Positions 18,530-27,414 of a stretch of 64,000 bases of DNA are shown one piece after another. The DNA comes from an uncultured Ktedonobacteraceae bacterium (lineage in GTDB: Bacteria > Chloroflexota > Ktedonobacteria > Ktedonobacterales > Ktedonobacteraceae), in contig CAXUEY010000002.1 of assembly GCA_964250225.1 (NCBI GenBank), positions 17,231 to 81,230 of the forward strand, written 5' to 3'. The notes under the pieces were generated by a model. The model was not told where the DNA came from and did no database searches. It was given only the letters and a program-made list of their open reading frames with translations. Numbering within the stretch: the stretch's first letter is position 1; every line of letters starts with the position of its first letter. The translations under genes were made by a program, and so were the position numbers.

Positions 18530-19725
18530 ACCAGAGACGACTCCATTTCTGCGATTGCTTGCAATAAGTATTGTCCACACTGCTCCCAACTATAAGTTGT
18601 TTCAACCAGCGCTCTTCCTGCCCTTCCCAGTTCCCTCCGCTTTTCAGCGTGCTGTAATAACGTAATCACCTGCTCAGCGAAGGCCTCTGGTTGATCTGCT
18701 ATCAGTAGATGCTGCCCAGCCTCCACCGCCAATCCTTCACAACCAATACTGCTGGAAATAACTGCCTTCTGCATAGCAAAGGCTTCCAGGATTTTCAAGC
18801 GGGTACCACTCCCTATACGCAGGGGTACAATAGCAACGGATGCAGCAGCAAGATACGGGCGAGTATCTGGGACCGATCCCGTCACCGTGACGCCTGGCAG
18901 GTTCGCCAATTGCAACACATCTGGCAGAGGGTTTTTGCCAACGATCTGCCAGGTTGCCGTTGGAATACGTGCTCGAATACGCGGCCAACAATGTTGTGCA
19001 AAAAAGCGCACTGCATCTACGTTTGGGTAATAACTCATTGCTCCTGTAAAGATAATAGTATCCTTCATTTCCTTTGATTGATCCATTGGTTGGAAATTAT
19101 CGCTATCTACGCCATTGGGCACGACCACGATGATCTTGCCGGGTAACAGTTGTTGCATGATTGTTCGCTCACGTTCGCTCGTCATAAGTACCACATTCGC
19201 TCTGCGACAACGCTCGACTTCAACGGACTTGAGCAAACGCCCCTCCAGCCAGTTATACCATTTACGTAGCAAAGCCTTTTCCTGCTGATAGGTACGCAGG
19301 CGTACCTCAAATTCGATATTGGACTCGTCGAGCATTACCATGACGTTCTCAGGAAGACGATAGTCCGCAATATGCATACCTTCGTAGAGGATCGCATCAA
19401 AGTGCTGGGTCGCAAAAAGTACATCAAGCGCTTTCTGAACTTCTGGCAAAATACACATCTGAAGAAAATATGGCATTCCATGCAAAAGACCTATTATCTG
19501 CTTCCAGCGTTTAGAAGAGTCGGCGGGTAGCGAGATTATTTGCATCGTCTCAGTACATGCGGACAAGAGAGAGAGATGCTCAGGCGATATCTGCTGCGTT
19601 GTGTTCTCAAGCGCCAGTAAGGACACAGAATGGCAACGTGCAAGCGTTTTCAGCAGATGATAGTTGCGGGTATGCTGTCCGCTGGTTGGAGCGGGGAGCA
19701 ATGGCGACACCACCAGAATATTCAT
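18526..19725 (-). CDS. Glycosyltransferase family 4
   Basis: 'GSGTRLKILEAFAMQKAVISSSIGCEGL' is the GT4 C-terminal motif. The N-terminal 'MNILVVSPLLPAPTSGQHTRNYHLLK' is typical. It overlaps the upstream stop by ATGA (19722-19725). Confidence 0.85.
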   Translation of the reverse strand: MNILVVSPLLPAPTSGQHTRNYHLLKTLARCHSVSLLALENTTQQISPEHLSLLSACTETMQIISLPADSSKRWKQIIGLLHGMPYFLQMCILPEVQKALDVLFATQHFDAILYEGMHIADYRLPENVMVMLDESNIEFEVRLRTYQQEKALLRKWYNWLEGRLLKSVEVERCRRANVVLMTSERERTIMQQLLPGKIIVVVPNGVDSDNFQPMDQSKEMKDTIIFTGAMSYYPNVDAVRFFAQHCWPRIRARIPTATWQIVGKNPLPDVLQLANLPGVTVTGSVPDTRPYLAAASVAIVPLRIGSGTRLKILEAFAMQKAVISSSIGCEGLAVEAGQHLLIADQPEAFAEQVITLLQHAEKRRELGRAGRALVETTYSWEQCGQYLLQAIAEMESSLV

Positions 19726-21230
19726 GCTACGACCTCTTCTTTATCAATCGTGGGAAGCTTCAATAACATACCTGCCAGCAACCCGACGTAAATCACATTG
19801 CGATAAAAAAACAGTTGATAATCGGCGAAGGCCACAATAATCGCCATAATAATCATGGCAACGACAAAGATGGCCATGAGCCGCAAGTATCTATCCTTCA
19901 GTTGGCGAGCATAGATGCATCCTCGCACAATAATGGAGCCGAAGAGATACCAGAGAGCCAAATACCCGATGGGTCCAAGCCGCATCCATACCCAGTAGAT
20001 AGTATTATGTGGAATCTCTGTATACACAGGGTCCTGAGCTGAAATATTTGGCAGAAGCACAGGCTCCAGAAATGGTTTGCCAAAACCGAGCCCCATCGGG
20101 TTTAAATGCACCGTGTATTTCAAATCGAGGTTTTCAATATCACGATAGGCGTTAGAAGCCTGCGTCGTCGCATCGGGATAAACAATGGAGACAATAGCGC
20201 GCGCAGGTGCACCGATTACGCCCGGAACATTATAGAATACAGCTATATACACGCCACTCAAAAGCAGCGTGAGAGCCAGAAGGGTGAGCAAAAACTTACG
20301 CGCTTCTGGCTTGATCGTAAAAATGAGCACCCAGGCCACAAAAAGCCCAACTACAAGCGCGGCTAAATCTGCGCGCCGGTTATTTGCAATCAGTGCAAAG
20401 AGCAACAAGGGTGCAAGGAGCAGCGATGCATAAAATTGCGGCTTATACTTATAATAGAGGCTAAATAGGGCTGTAAGTAGAAGGACGGCTATCCAGAAAT
20501 ACGATTCTTCGTGAGACATGATCTGGTGATTATCTGCCAGATCGCCATGTATGACGAACAGATAAATGTAGAGTGCCTCCAGGGCTTTGATCCCAGCGCT
20601 CACAATGATACACCAGAAAAAAAAGCGGAGCTGCTTCTTCGAGCGTAGCAGGTTGTAAGCTAAAAGATATCCTAGAAATAAATACCAGAACGAGCGAACC
20701 TCGTTCACCATAAGTTTAAAGTCCCCCCCGGTAGTCATGCCATGCACAATACCCCAGGTCACGCAGAGCATGAACAAAAGAAAAGGCACGAGCAAATCTC
20801 CTCCCTGCAACCATTTTTCTCGTTTGAGCAGGCGATGTATGATAAAGACCACAAGAATGAAAAGGAGAAAAAACCCAATAGGTCTGTCTGGCAATCCTTC
20901 AAGTCCAGGAGGCCAGTGGAAAACGTAGATATTAGAGAAATTGAACAGCAGAGGCAACGGATCTTGCTCAATCAACAGTGTAGCGACCAGGGCTGCAAAG
21001 AATCCAACAGTTGGCCAGCGTATAACAAGCGCGATACAGAGTGGAAGACCCACCAGAACATAGACGAGGGTGAACCCAAAAATCGCGCCGCTCAGTACCA
21101 TAAGGAGCACGAGACCGAGCATACTTATGAGAATCGTTATAAACAGAAAGAGATCTCTCTGTTTACGATAGAGCAGGAACGACGAGACCGTTTGCCCACC
21201 TTTCGAGAGCAGTGATGATTGCATATCCAT
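19722..21230 (-). CDS. O-antigen ligase/polymerase-like (Wzy_C family) membrane protein
   Basis: 502 aa with at least 10 TM segments. 'EIPHNTIYWVWMRLGPIGYL' matches the Wzy_C 'HN..L....E.G..G' motif. It sits inside a Wzx/Wzz operon. Confidence 0.8.
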   Translation of the reverse strand: MDMQSSLLSKGGQTVSSFLLYRKQRDLFLFITILISMLGLVLLMVLSGAIFGFTLVYVLVGLPLCIALVIRWPTVGFFAALVATLLIEQDPLPLLFNFSNIYVFHWPPGLEGLPDRPIGFFLLFILVVFIIHRLLKREKWLQGGDLLVPFLLFMLCVTWGIVHGMTTGGDFKLMVNEVRSFWYLFLGYLLAYNLLRSKKQLRFFFWCIIVSAGIKALEALYIYLFVIHGDLADNHQIMSHEESYFWIAVLLLTALFSLYYKYKPQFYASLLLAPLLLFALIANNRRADLAALVVGLFVAWVLIFTIKPEARKFLLTLLALTLLLSGVYIAVFYNVPGVIGAPARAIVSIVYPDATTQASNAYRDIENLDLKYTVHLNPMGLGFGKPFLEPVLLPNISAQDPVYTEIPHNTIYWVWMRLGPIGYLALWYLFGSIIVRGCIYARQLKDRYLRLMAIFVVAMIIMAIIVAFADYQLFFYRNVIYVGLLAGMLLKLPTIDKEEVVA

Positions 21231-21237
21231 AGTCCAC

Positions 21238-21369
21238 TTACCCCAAAGTAATATACACGGCTATACCAACGGCAGCAAGAAACACCAATATCGAGGTTCG
21301 CTTATCGAAGTTGCGAGAAAATAGCCCGATACAAATAAAAGCTACAAACAGAACGGCAATTGCGCTCAT
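21238..21369 (-). CDS. Unlisted 43-aa two-TM membrane peptide
   Basis: My translation is MSAIAVLFVAFICIGLFSRNFDKRTSILVFLAAVGIAVYITLG*. A perfect AGGAGG (21375-21380) lies 5 nt upstream of ATG 21369. The ORF fills the gap between the kinase-like gene (stop 21379) and wzy (start 21230). It is below the 60-aa ORF-track cutoff. Confidence 0.5.
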   Translation of the reverse strand: MSAIAVLFVAFICIGLFSRNFDKRTSILVFLAAVGIAVYITLG

Positions 21370-21378
21370 ATATGCCTC

Positions 21379-22236
21379 CTAGAGAAGCTGCTGCATCCAA
21401 CGTGGAATAGCACTTTGTTCCTGATTCAAAATGATCCCATAAAGAGATGTATGTTCTTTCAGTTGTGTGCATATCTCGGTCAGGGTCGTCATCGGAATTG
21501 CTTCGCTACGCACAACCAGGACAGCAACCTCTGCCAGGCTGGCGGCTAACAAACTATAGCCTGAGGTCATAACGGATGGAAGATCAACAATAAAAAGTTC
21601 ATTCGCATGTCCAAACATTTTTGTCAAACCATGTCGCTGTACTTTTTTCAGTAATTTTGTCGCATCCAGCTTCCCATTACCGGCGGGGATCACAGTCAGG
21701 TTCTCATTCACCTGGTAACGGATTTCACTTTCGTGGCATGTACCACGTAACCATTCCGCCCAACCAGGAGTAGCAGGGATACCAAAGAAATCATGTAATG
21801 TGGGATGTTCCCAGTTACATTCAATAAGCGTCACCGGCTCGATACTATCCTGAGCCAAAACCTGAGCGGTGGCCAGGGCCAGGAATGATTTCCCCTCACC
21901 TCCGATGGAACTGCTAAAGCCTAAACTGCGCACAGGATGAAGTTCGCGAAAGAAAAGTGAGAGGCAAAGGTGCCGACATTGTTCCAACACCAAATGAGCC
22001 GCGGCAGCTTCTTGCTGGCTGACTTTGCCAGTGAGCATCGTTACCGGCACCCTTTTTGTGTAAGGGGCTGGCAGAGGCACCGGCGTCTCCGTGATGTGTT
22101 TTAATTCTCCTGGCTGGACTACCTGTAATTTGACGGTTGAAGACATTTCCATATCCATTGGCAGAGTATGCTTGTCCAGACCATTTTTCTGAATAAAGGT
22201 CTGCTCCATTGGCATCTTTTCATTCTTCTCAGGCAT
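21379..22236 (-). CDS. BY-kinase-like P-loop ATPase (CpsD/CapB family), degenerate
   Basis: Walker A is 'SSIGGEGKSF' and Walker B-like is 'LFIVDLPS'. Walker A' reads 'LIECNWEHPTLH' where the family has 'LIDADLRRPSLH'. There is no C-terminal Tyr cluster. It sits directly after a Wzz-like gene. Confidence 0.7.
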   Translation of the reverse strand: MPEKNEKMPMEQTFIQKNGLDKHTLPMDMEMSSTVKLQVVQPGELKHITETPVPLPAPYTKRVPVTMLTGKVSQQEAAAAHLVLEQCRHLCLSLFFRELHPVRSLGFSSSIGGEGKSFLALATAQVLAQDSIEPVTLIECNWEHPTLHDFFGIPATPGWAEWLRGTCHESEIRYQVNENLTVIPAGNGKLDATKLLKKVQRHGLTKMFGHANELFIVDLPSVMTSGYSLLAASLAEVAVLVVRSEAIPMTTLTEICTQLKEHTSLYGIILNQEQSAIPRWMQQLL

Positions 22237-22278
22237 GCAATTCTCCTTTCCTCATGAAACAACATATCCACGCGGAAT

Positions 22279-23328
22279 TTACATATCTACTGGCTGAACA
22301 CGTGTGCTCATAGCCGGAAGTTCATTATCTGCACCACGAGCGGCAACCAGTGAGACCAATATCGGCTTCAAATGTGGCACCTGCATTACCACAGGAACCT
22401 CAAAGCCATCCTCCTGTATATCGTCAGCTGAATAGATCGCGCGATCTCGCCGTACCAGGATGACAAGGTAAAGCACAACGGCCAGCAGGGCCATTGCCAG
22501 ACCCACGCCACCACCAGTGAGGTAGTTTTTGAGGCGTGATTGGTAGTGCGTCGGACGCTGGGGAGCATCAATCACGTTATACAGTGTATTCGCGCCGTCT
22601 TTTTGGGCAAAGATCTTCTGCTCTATTGAACTAATAGAACTTTGGATGCTGTTCACAACATTTTGGGCCTGCACCTTATGTGCATCAAGCTGCGCATATT
22701 GCGGATCGGTTGACAGATCACTCGGATTCAGATTGGGGTGTGCAGCGAGATATTGAGACTCTGCCGCAATCGCAGCATTTTCCTCCTGTTGCGCAGCCGG
22801 AAGCTCAGCCTGGTAACTTTGCAGGAGCGTCTCATCTGCCGAAAGCGACTGTATTTGCATTCTATAATGATCTATCACTGACTGCACGATCTGTTGCGCA
22901 ATGTGTGGATCTTTGTTTGCATAGGTGATCACAAACAAATTTGTACCTTGAGCAGCCACCTGCACATTCTTGGAAATTTCGCTGAGTACGGCATCCTGGA
23001 GTTGCCGAGGATCATTCAGTACATCACCACTCAACTGCAACGTGGGGACAAGAGCAATATTTTGCACCACAGATAAGGCAAACGAGCGTGTCTGAAGAAA
23101 CTCATCGAGGGCAAAAACCTGACTTGTGGCTGGCGTTTCCGGCGTGGCAGTCAGGTTAGCTGCTCCGGTTCCAGTATCATAGATTTGTGAGGCCCAGAGC
23201 GAGGCCGTAGCCTGATACTTTTTGGGAACCGCTACATAGGTAATCGCTACACCTATCAGTGGCAGCAATACCAGTAAAGCCAGCAATTGAAATAGGTGGC
23301 GGAAAATTACCTCTAACACTCTTTTCAT
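22279..23328 (-). CDS. Polysaccharide co-polymerase / chain-length determinant (Wzz-like)
   Basis: N-terminal TM with 'PKKYQATASL', a long coiled-coil-like ectodomain, and a C-terminal TM 'GGGVGLAMALLAVVLYLVILVRR'. This is the classic PCP topology. Confidence 0.75.
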   Translation of the reverse strand: MKRVLEVIFRHLFQLLALLVLLPLIGVAITYVAVPKKYQATASLWASQIYDTGTGAANLTATPETPATSQVFALDEFLQTRSFALSVVQNIALVPTLQLSGDVLNDPRQLQDAVLSEISKNVQVAAQGTNLFVITYANKDPHIAQQIVQSVIDHYRMQIQSLSADETLLQSYQAELPAAQQEENAAIAAESQYLAAHPNLNPSDLSTDPQYAQLDAHKVQAQNVVNSIQSSISSIEQKIFAQKDGANTLYNVIDAPQRPTHYQSRLKNYLTGGGVGLAMALLAVVLYLVILVRRDRAIYSADDIQEDGFEVPVVMQVPHLKPILVSLVAARGADNELPAMSTRVQPVDM

Positions 23329-23557
23329 CCTATATACCTCATCTTTCTATATACATGAAGAAATGTCTTTCTTTCCAATTTTGCACCCAATTTAGGAATC
23401 GTGAACCCTGACCAAACCAGCTTAAGAATACAACTGGCCGGTAGAGGAATGGGTTTTTGTTGGGAGTGAAATTACGTGAATAATCTCCTCACTGGTGTAC
23501 AAAACAACACATAGGCCACTTATCCGTAGAAGGTGAGAAAGGTCCTCTCTCACATCT

Positions 23558-24109
23558 TCACTCGAATAATTGGTGGGAAAAAACCGCGGAAAACTGCCGG
23601 GTCTCACGCTGTTTGATTACCCTGGCCGGGACACCACCCACGATGGCATAGGCCGGAACATCGCGTGTGACCATCGCTCCCGCCATGACAACCGCTCCCG
23701 CTCCAATGGTCACTCCAGGTAAGACCGTCGCGCGCATTCCTATCCATACGTGATCACCAATGACGACCGGTTTATAGAACACGGAAAACAGCGGATCGTT
23801 GATATCGTGCGAACCGGTCACCAGCCAGGTACCAGCTGAGATACTGACGTGCTCCCCAATCACCAGGCCGCCGGTAGTGTACAGCAGACAACCACGATTA
23901 ATCACCGTCCCTCTCCCAATAGAAACTTTTTGCCCGCTGCTCCTGACTCCCGCCATTTGTATGTACTGCCCCATCAGAATAAACACATCTGGTTCAATGC
24001 GCCAGCCAAGCACATGGCGATACCATACGCGACGTAACGTATACGATGGGATGTGGCTGATCAGATGATTTGTGACATATCTGACCAGCGAGCTCGCTAT
24101 CCGTCTCAT
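23558..24109 (-). CDS. Hexapeptide-repeat (LbH) sugar O-acetyltransferase
   Basis: '[52 protein letters not shown]' is a left-handed beta-helix acetyltransferase motif. The ATG lies 1 nt after the wzx stop. Confidence 0.85.
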   Translation of the reverse strand: MRRIASSLVRYVTNHLISHIPSYTLRRVWYRHVLGWRIEPDVFILMGQYIQMAGVRSSGQKVSIGRGTVINRGCLLYTTGGLVIGEHVSISAGTWLVTGSHDINDPLFSVFYKPVVIGDHVWIGMRATVLPGVTIGAGAVVMAGAMVTRDVPAYAIVGGVPARVIKQRETRQFSAVFSHQLFE

Positions 24110-24110
24110 A

Positions 24111-25886
24111 CTACTGCACCTCTCCTACCGCTTCAGACTGAATACGTTTGTTTTTTAGAGGAATTATACGCAGAGTGGTATCATTCTCGTCATCTATACA
24201 TGGCTCCTCAGTAGCTCTATATGGCTCAGGTTGAACTCTTTTCCTTCTCACAACTGGCAAACGCAGGGTAATATCATCATCGCTTCCCTCTGAATGTGCC
24301 TCAAATTGAAGTTTCCTGGTTTGCACTGTGGCCAAATGGTAATCGCTCAACTGTCCATACACCGCAGGTAAAGATGGATTGGTAATCTGATCGTATATAT
24401 TCTCATCAACGATGTTGGTTAAGAGTTCAGAGGCAACACCTGTCCGCTTGCTTTTTTTCCTGATGGCCTGCCTGAGTGACTGCATATCTTCTTGTGGGAT
24501 CATCCGTAAAAAAACGGCGCTACCTACATACACCAGGAGCGCCACCGGAAAAATCAACACAATTGAGAGCGAACTGAGAAAGAAGGTCACCGCAGCCATG
24601 ACAAGCGCAGATGCAAGAGCCTTACAACCTACTCTCACACTCTTCGCTGGTAATAGCTGCTTTTGAATCAGTATAATTGATATACACATGAGAAGTAATT
24701 CCGTTAAAGTTGTTACAAAAGCAGCTCCAATTTGTTGGTAGAGAGGAATAAGCAAGAGGTTTAAAGCAAGGTTGAAGACCAGGGCAATTGCCGCCATCAG
24801 CGGAATTTTCCTCTCACCTCTGGTACTGACAATAATATTACTCAAAAGAGTATTGATGTAGAGAAAGAGCAAGCCAGGCGCCAGAGCCTGAAGGACGGGA
24901 ATTGAGTGAGTAAAATCCGCGCGGTGATAGAGAAAGCCGATAATATTTGGAGCAGCGACAATCATGAAAGTCGCGATGGGAATGGCACAAATCAGCAGAA
25001 GATTCATACTTTTCTCGATGGCCAGTTTGAGAGCCGTTTGAGAACGTGCATCCGCAGAGAGCTTTGAAAAAATCGGGTACATCACGGCGTTGATGATGAG
25101 GTTGGGAACAAACAACAGCGTATCGAAAAGACGATAGCCAGCCCCATACCATCCCACCACAGCAGTCGTGGTCATCAGGGAAAGCAAAACGGTATCGATG
25201 CGGTAGTAGATAACCCCCAGTATCCCATAAGCGACAAAGGGAATACTGCTGCGCACAAGGTTACGCATGATCCCTATGTGAAATGTCAGGCGGCAGCCAA
25301 CGCAACGAAAAAACCAGGCGGCCACCCAGATGCCATTGATCAACGATCCCCCCAACAGCACAAGGGCCATCGTCTGCACAGTCGCGCCCTGTTTGAGGAG
25401 AATAAAGCCGACTGCAGCAGATAACCCTTTTTCAAGCATCATCCCAACAGACGGGAACATTGTGCGCGAAAATGCATAGTGCAATGCGGCAAAAGTGCTC
25501 ACCAGCGATCCCACCAGCAAATCAATCCCGCAGATTGCCACGAGGTTCCACTGTTCCTGGCCATAGCCAAGTCCCCAGGCGAGGAGCAGAATACCTGTGT
25601 AAAGCACCGTCCACAGCAGCACTTTAATGAACAGGGTGTTCCACAAATAGGCGTGGGCTTTATCCGGGTCTTCAGCTACATCGCGCGTGAGTTGCTGATT
25701 AAAGCCAAACTCCACAGGAAAACCGATCAGCGCGACAAACATGGTGGCGAAATAGAGTTCGCCAAATTTGACATCGCCAAGAAATCTCCCATACGCAATG
25801 GTTAAACCTAAGGTCGATATCCATGTCACAAGTTGCCCAAAGAGAGAGATTAACGTGTTATTGATGATTTTACGGAGTTCCTGCAT
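24111..25886 (-). CDS. Wzx-type polysaccharide flippase (MOP superfamily) with a ~129-aa hydrophilic C-terminal tail
   Basis: About 460 aa with 12-14 TM segments, typical of a polysaccharide biosynthesis (Polysacc_synt) protein. A charged tail follows, carrying two copies of a D-x-TLR-...-[RK][KN][RK]-[VI]-Q-x-E motif. Confidence 0.85.
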   Translation of the reverse strand: MQELRKIINNTLISLFGQLVTWISTLGLTIAYGRFLGDVKFGELYFATMFVALIGFPVEFGFNQQLTRDVAEDPDKAHAYLWNTLFIKVLLWTVLYTGILLLAWGLGYGQEQWNLVAICGIDLLVGSLVSTFAALHYAFSRTMFPSVGMMLEKGLSAAVGFILLKQGATVQTMALVLLGGSLINGIWVAAWFFRCVGCRLTFHIGIMRNLVRSSIPFVAYGILGVIYYRIDTVLLSLMTTTAVVGWYGAGYRLFDTLLFVPNLIINAVMYPIFSKLSADARSQTALKLAIEKSMNLLLICAIPIATFMIVAAPNIIGFLYHRADFTHSIPVLQALAPGLLFLYINTLLSNIIVSTRGERKIPLMAAIALVFNLALNLLLIPLYQQIGAAFVTTLTELLLMCISIILIQKQLLPAKSVRVGCKALASALVMAAVTFFLSSLSIVLIFPVALLVYVGSAVFLRMIPQEDMQSLRQAIRKKSKRTGVASELLTNIVDENIYDQITNPSLPAVYGQLSDYHLATVQTRKLQFEAHSEGSDDDITLRLPVVRRKRVQPEPYRATEEPCIDDENDTTLRIIPLKNKRIQSEAVGEVQ

Positions 25887-26330
25887 ATATGTAAGCCTTC
25901 ATAAGAATGCTATCCATCCCTTAGATAAGTGCTTATTGCTTGCCTGTACCATTACGATAGCAGTCGGCATTTGCAAAACGCGTGTTCATCCTGGTGGAGA
26001 ATCGATGCACTTCTCCTTGCTCGTGTGTAAAAACGAATCCCGGGCATTGCATGCGGTCAAGTGAACAAAATCTCAGGTAGGGCCAACATAGCTGTAGAGA
26101 AATCCATTCTTTTGTGTGAAAAGAACATCGATTTTCTACCAGCATCACCATTCCTTTGCCAGGGGCATCATGGTATTTTGAATTGTGCAGGAACAATTCT
26201 ATCGACGAGGATGCGGCGTTGACGCGCTTCGATCCCAGCCAGTCAAGTCTCTTTTCGCATAACAAGCAAAGCATGAGCGGTCGCAACAAACTGATCATGA
26301 AAAATAGAGAACAGATAAAGGGGTAGCTTC

Positions 26331-27377
26331 ATGGCGCAGGGTACATTAATTAATACGGGTTTGCAAACATTTCTGGCGGCGCAGGCCAGCAACGATTTCT
26401 ATTACACTCCAGGCTGGCTCGATTTGATTCCGTCGTTCTATAGCTATACGCTGATTCCACTCACCACCACCGATAACTGTGGGCGCATCACCGGATTTCT
26501 GCCGCTCTGTTCTATCAACAGCCCGCTGACCGGACGCCGTCTGGTCTCGCTGCCTTTCTCTGATACCTGTCCCCTGCTGGCTGAAGACGAGACGAGCGCC
26601 AACACACTGATTGACCAGGCGATCCAATTAGCCCGCCAGAAACAGGTGCGCTACCTGGAACTGCGTACTGGCCAGAATGAGACACTGGCCCGGCGCGACG
26701 ACCTGGCAACGACGCAGCTCTACGCGAACTGGCTGGTCACGCTCGATGCTGATCCCCAGGTCCCCTATAAACGTCTGCACCAGGGGGCGCGTCGCAAGAT
26801 CAAAAAAGCACGCAGCCTGGGGGTGCAGGTGCGCATTGCGGAAAAGCGAGCAGATATGCTGGAATATTACCGCCTGCATCTGCTGACACGCACAAAAAAA
26901 CATGGCATGCCCGCTCAACCACTCGCGTTCTTTCTGCGTCTGTGGGACACCTGCGCGGCCAGCGGCCAGCTTCATCTTGAACTGGCTGAGTACGAGGGAA
27001 AGGTTGTGGCGGCGCATATCACAGCGTTTTACGGCAAAACGGCGCGCTATCTGTATGGCGCTTCCGACGAACGCTACCATGAGCTGGGGGCCGGCCACTT
27101 GCTGACCTGGGAGGAGATTGCCTGGGGTTGCCAACACGGTTATCAGCAGCTCGATCTTGGCCGCACCGCCTACGCCAACCCCGGCCTGATGCAATACAAA
27201 CGCAGCTGGGGCGCGCGCGAAGAACCTGCCCCTTACTACTACTACCCAGCCATCCAGGGTCTCGCGGCCACCCCCGAAAGCAGCCGGAAATATCAACTGC
27301 TGACGCGCTGCTGGAAACGTTTGCCGCTGGCCATTTCTGGTCCATTGGGAGGGTATCTTTACCGACATTTAGGGTAA
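26331..27377 (+). CDS. FemAB-like / GNAT-fold (Acetyltransf_6-type) aminoacyl- or acyl-transferase
   Basis: 'GAGHLLTWEEIAWGCQHGYQQLDLGRT...PGLMQYKRSWGA' matches the FemAB-family C-terminal core. It is divergent from the polysaccharide operon. Confidence 0.7.
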   Translation: MAQGTLINTGLQTFLAAQASNDFYYTPGWLDLIPSFYSYTLIPLTTTDNCGRITGFLPLCSINSPLTGRRLVSLPFSDTCPLLAEDETSANTLIDQAIQLARQKQVRYLELRTGQNETLARRDDLATTQLYANWLVTLDADPQVPYKRLHQGARRKIKKARSLGVQVRIAEKRADMLEYYRLHLLTRTKKHGMPAQPLAFFLRLWDTCAASGQLHLELAEYEGKVVAAHITAFYGKTARYLYGASDERYHELGAGHLLTWEEIAWGCQHGYQQLDLGRTAYANPGLMQYKRSWGAREEPAPYYYYPAIQGLAATPESSRKYQLLTRCWKRLPLAISGPLGGYLYRHLG

Positions 27378-27414
27378 TTTTGCAAGTAGTAGTCAAAAGG
27401 CAGCTAGAGACCCA

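Noticed and set aside
25933-26298. 121-aa - strand ORF upstream of wzx
   Set aside because: It is Cys/Arg/Phe-rich with no motif, no clear RBS, and an AT-rich divergent promoter context. It could be real, but I cannot support it.
26628-27368. 246-aa - strand ORF
   Set aside because: It is antisense to the FemAB-like gene. Its composition is Arg/Ala/Gly-rich low complexity, with no RBS or motif support.
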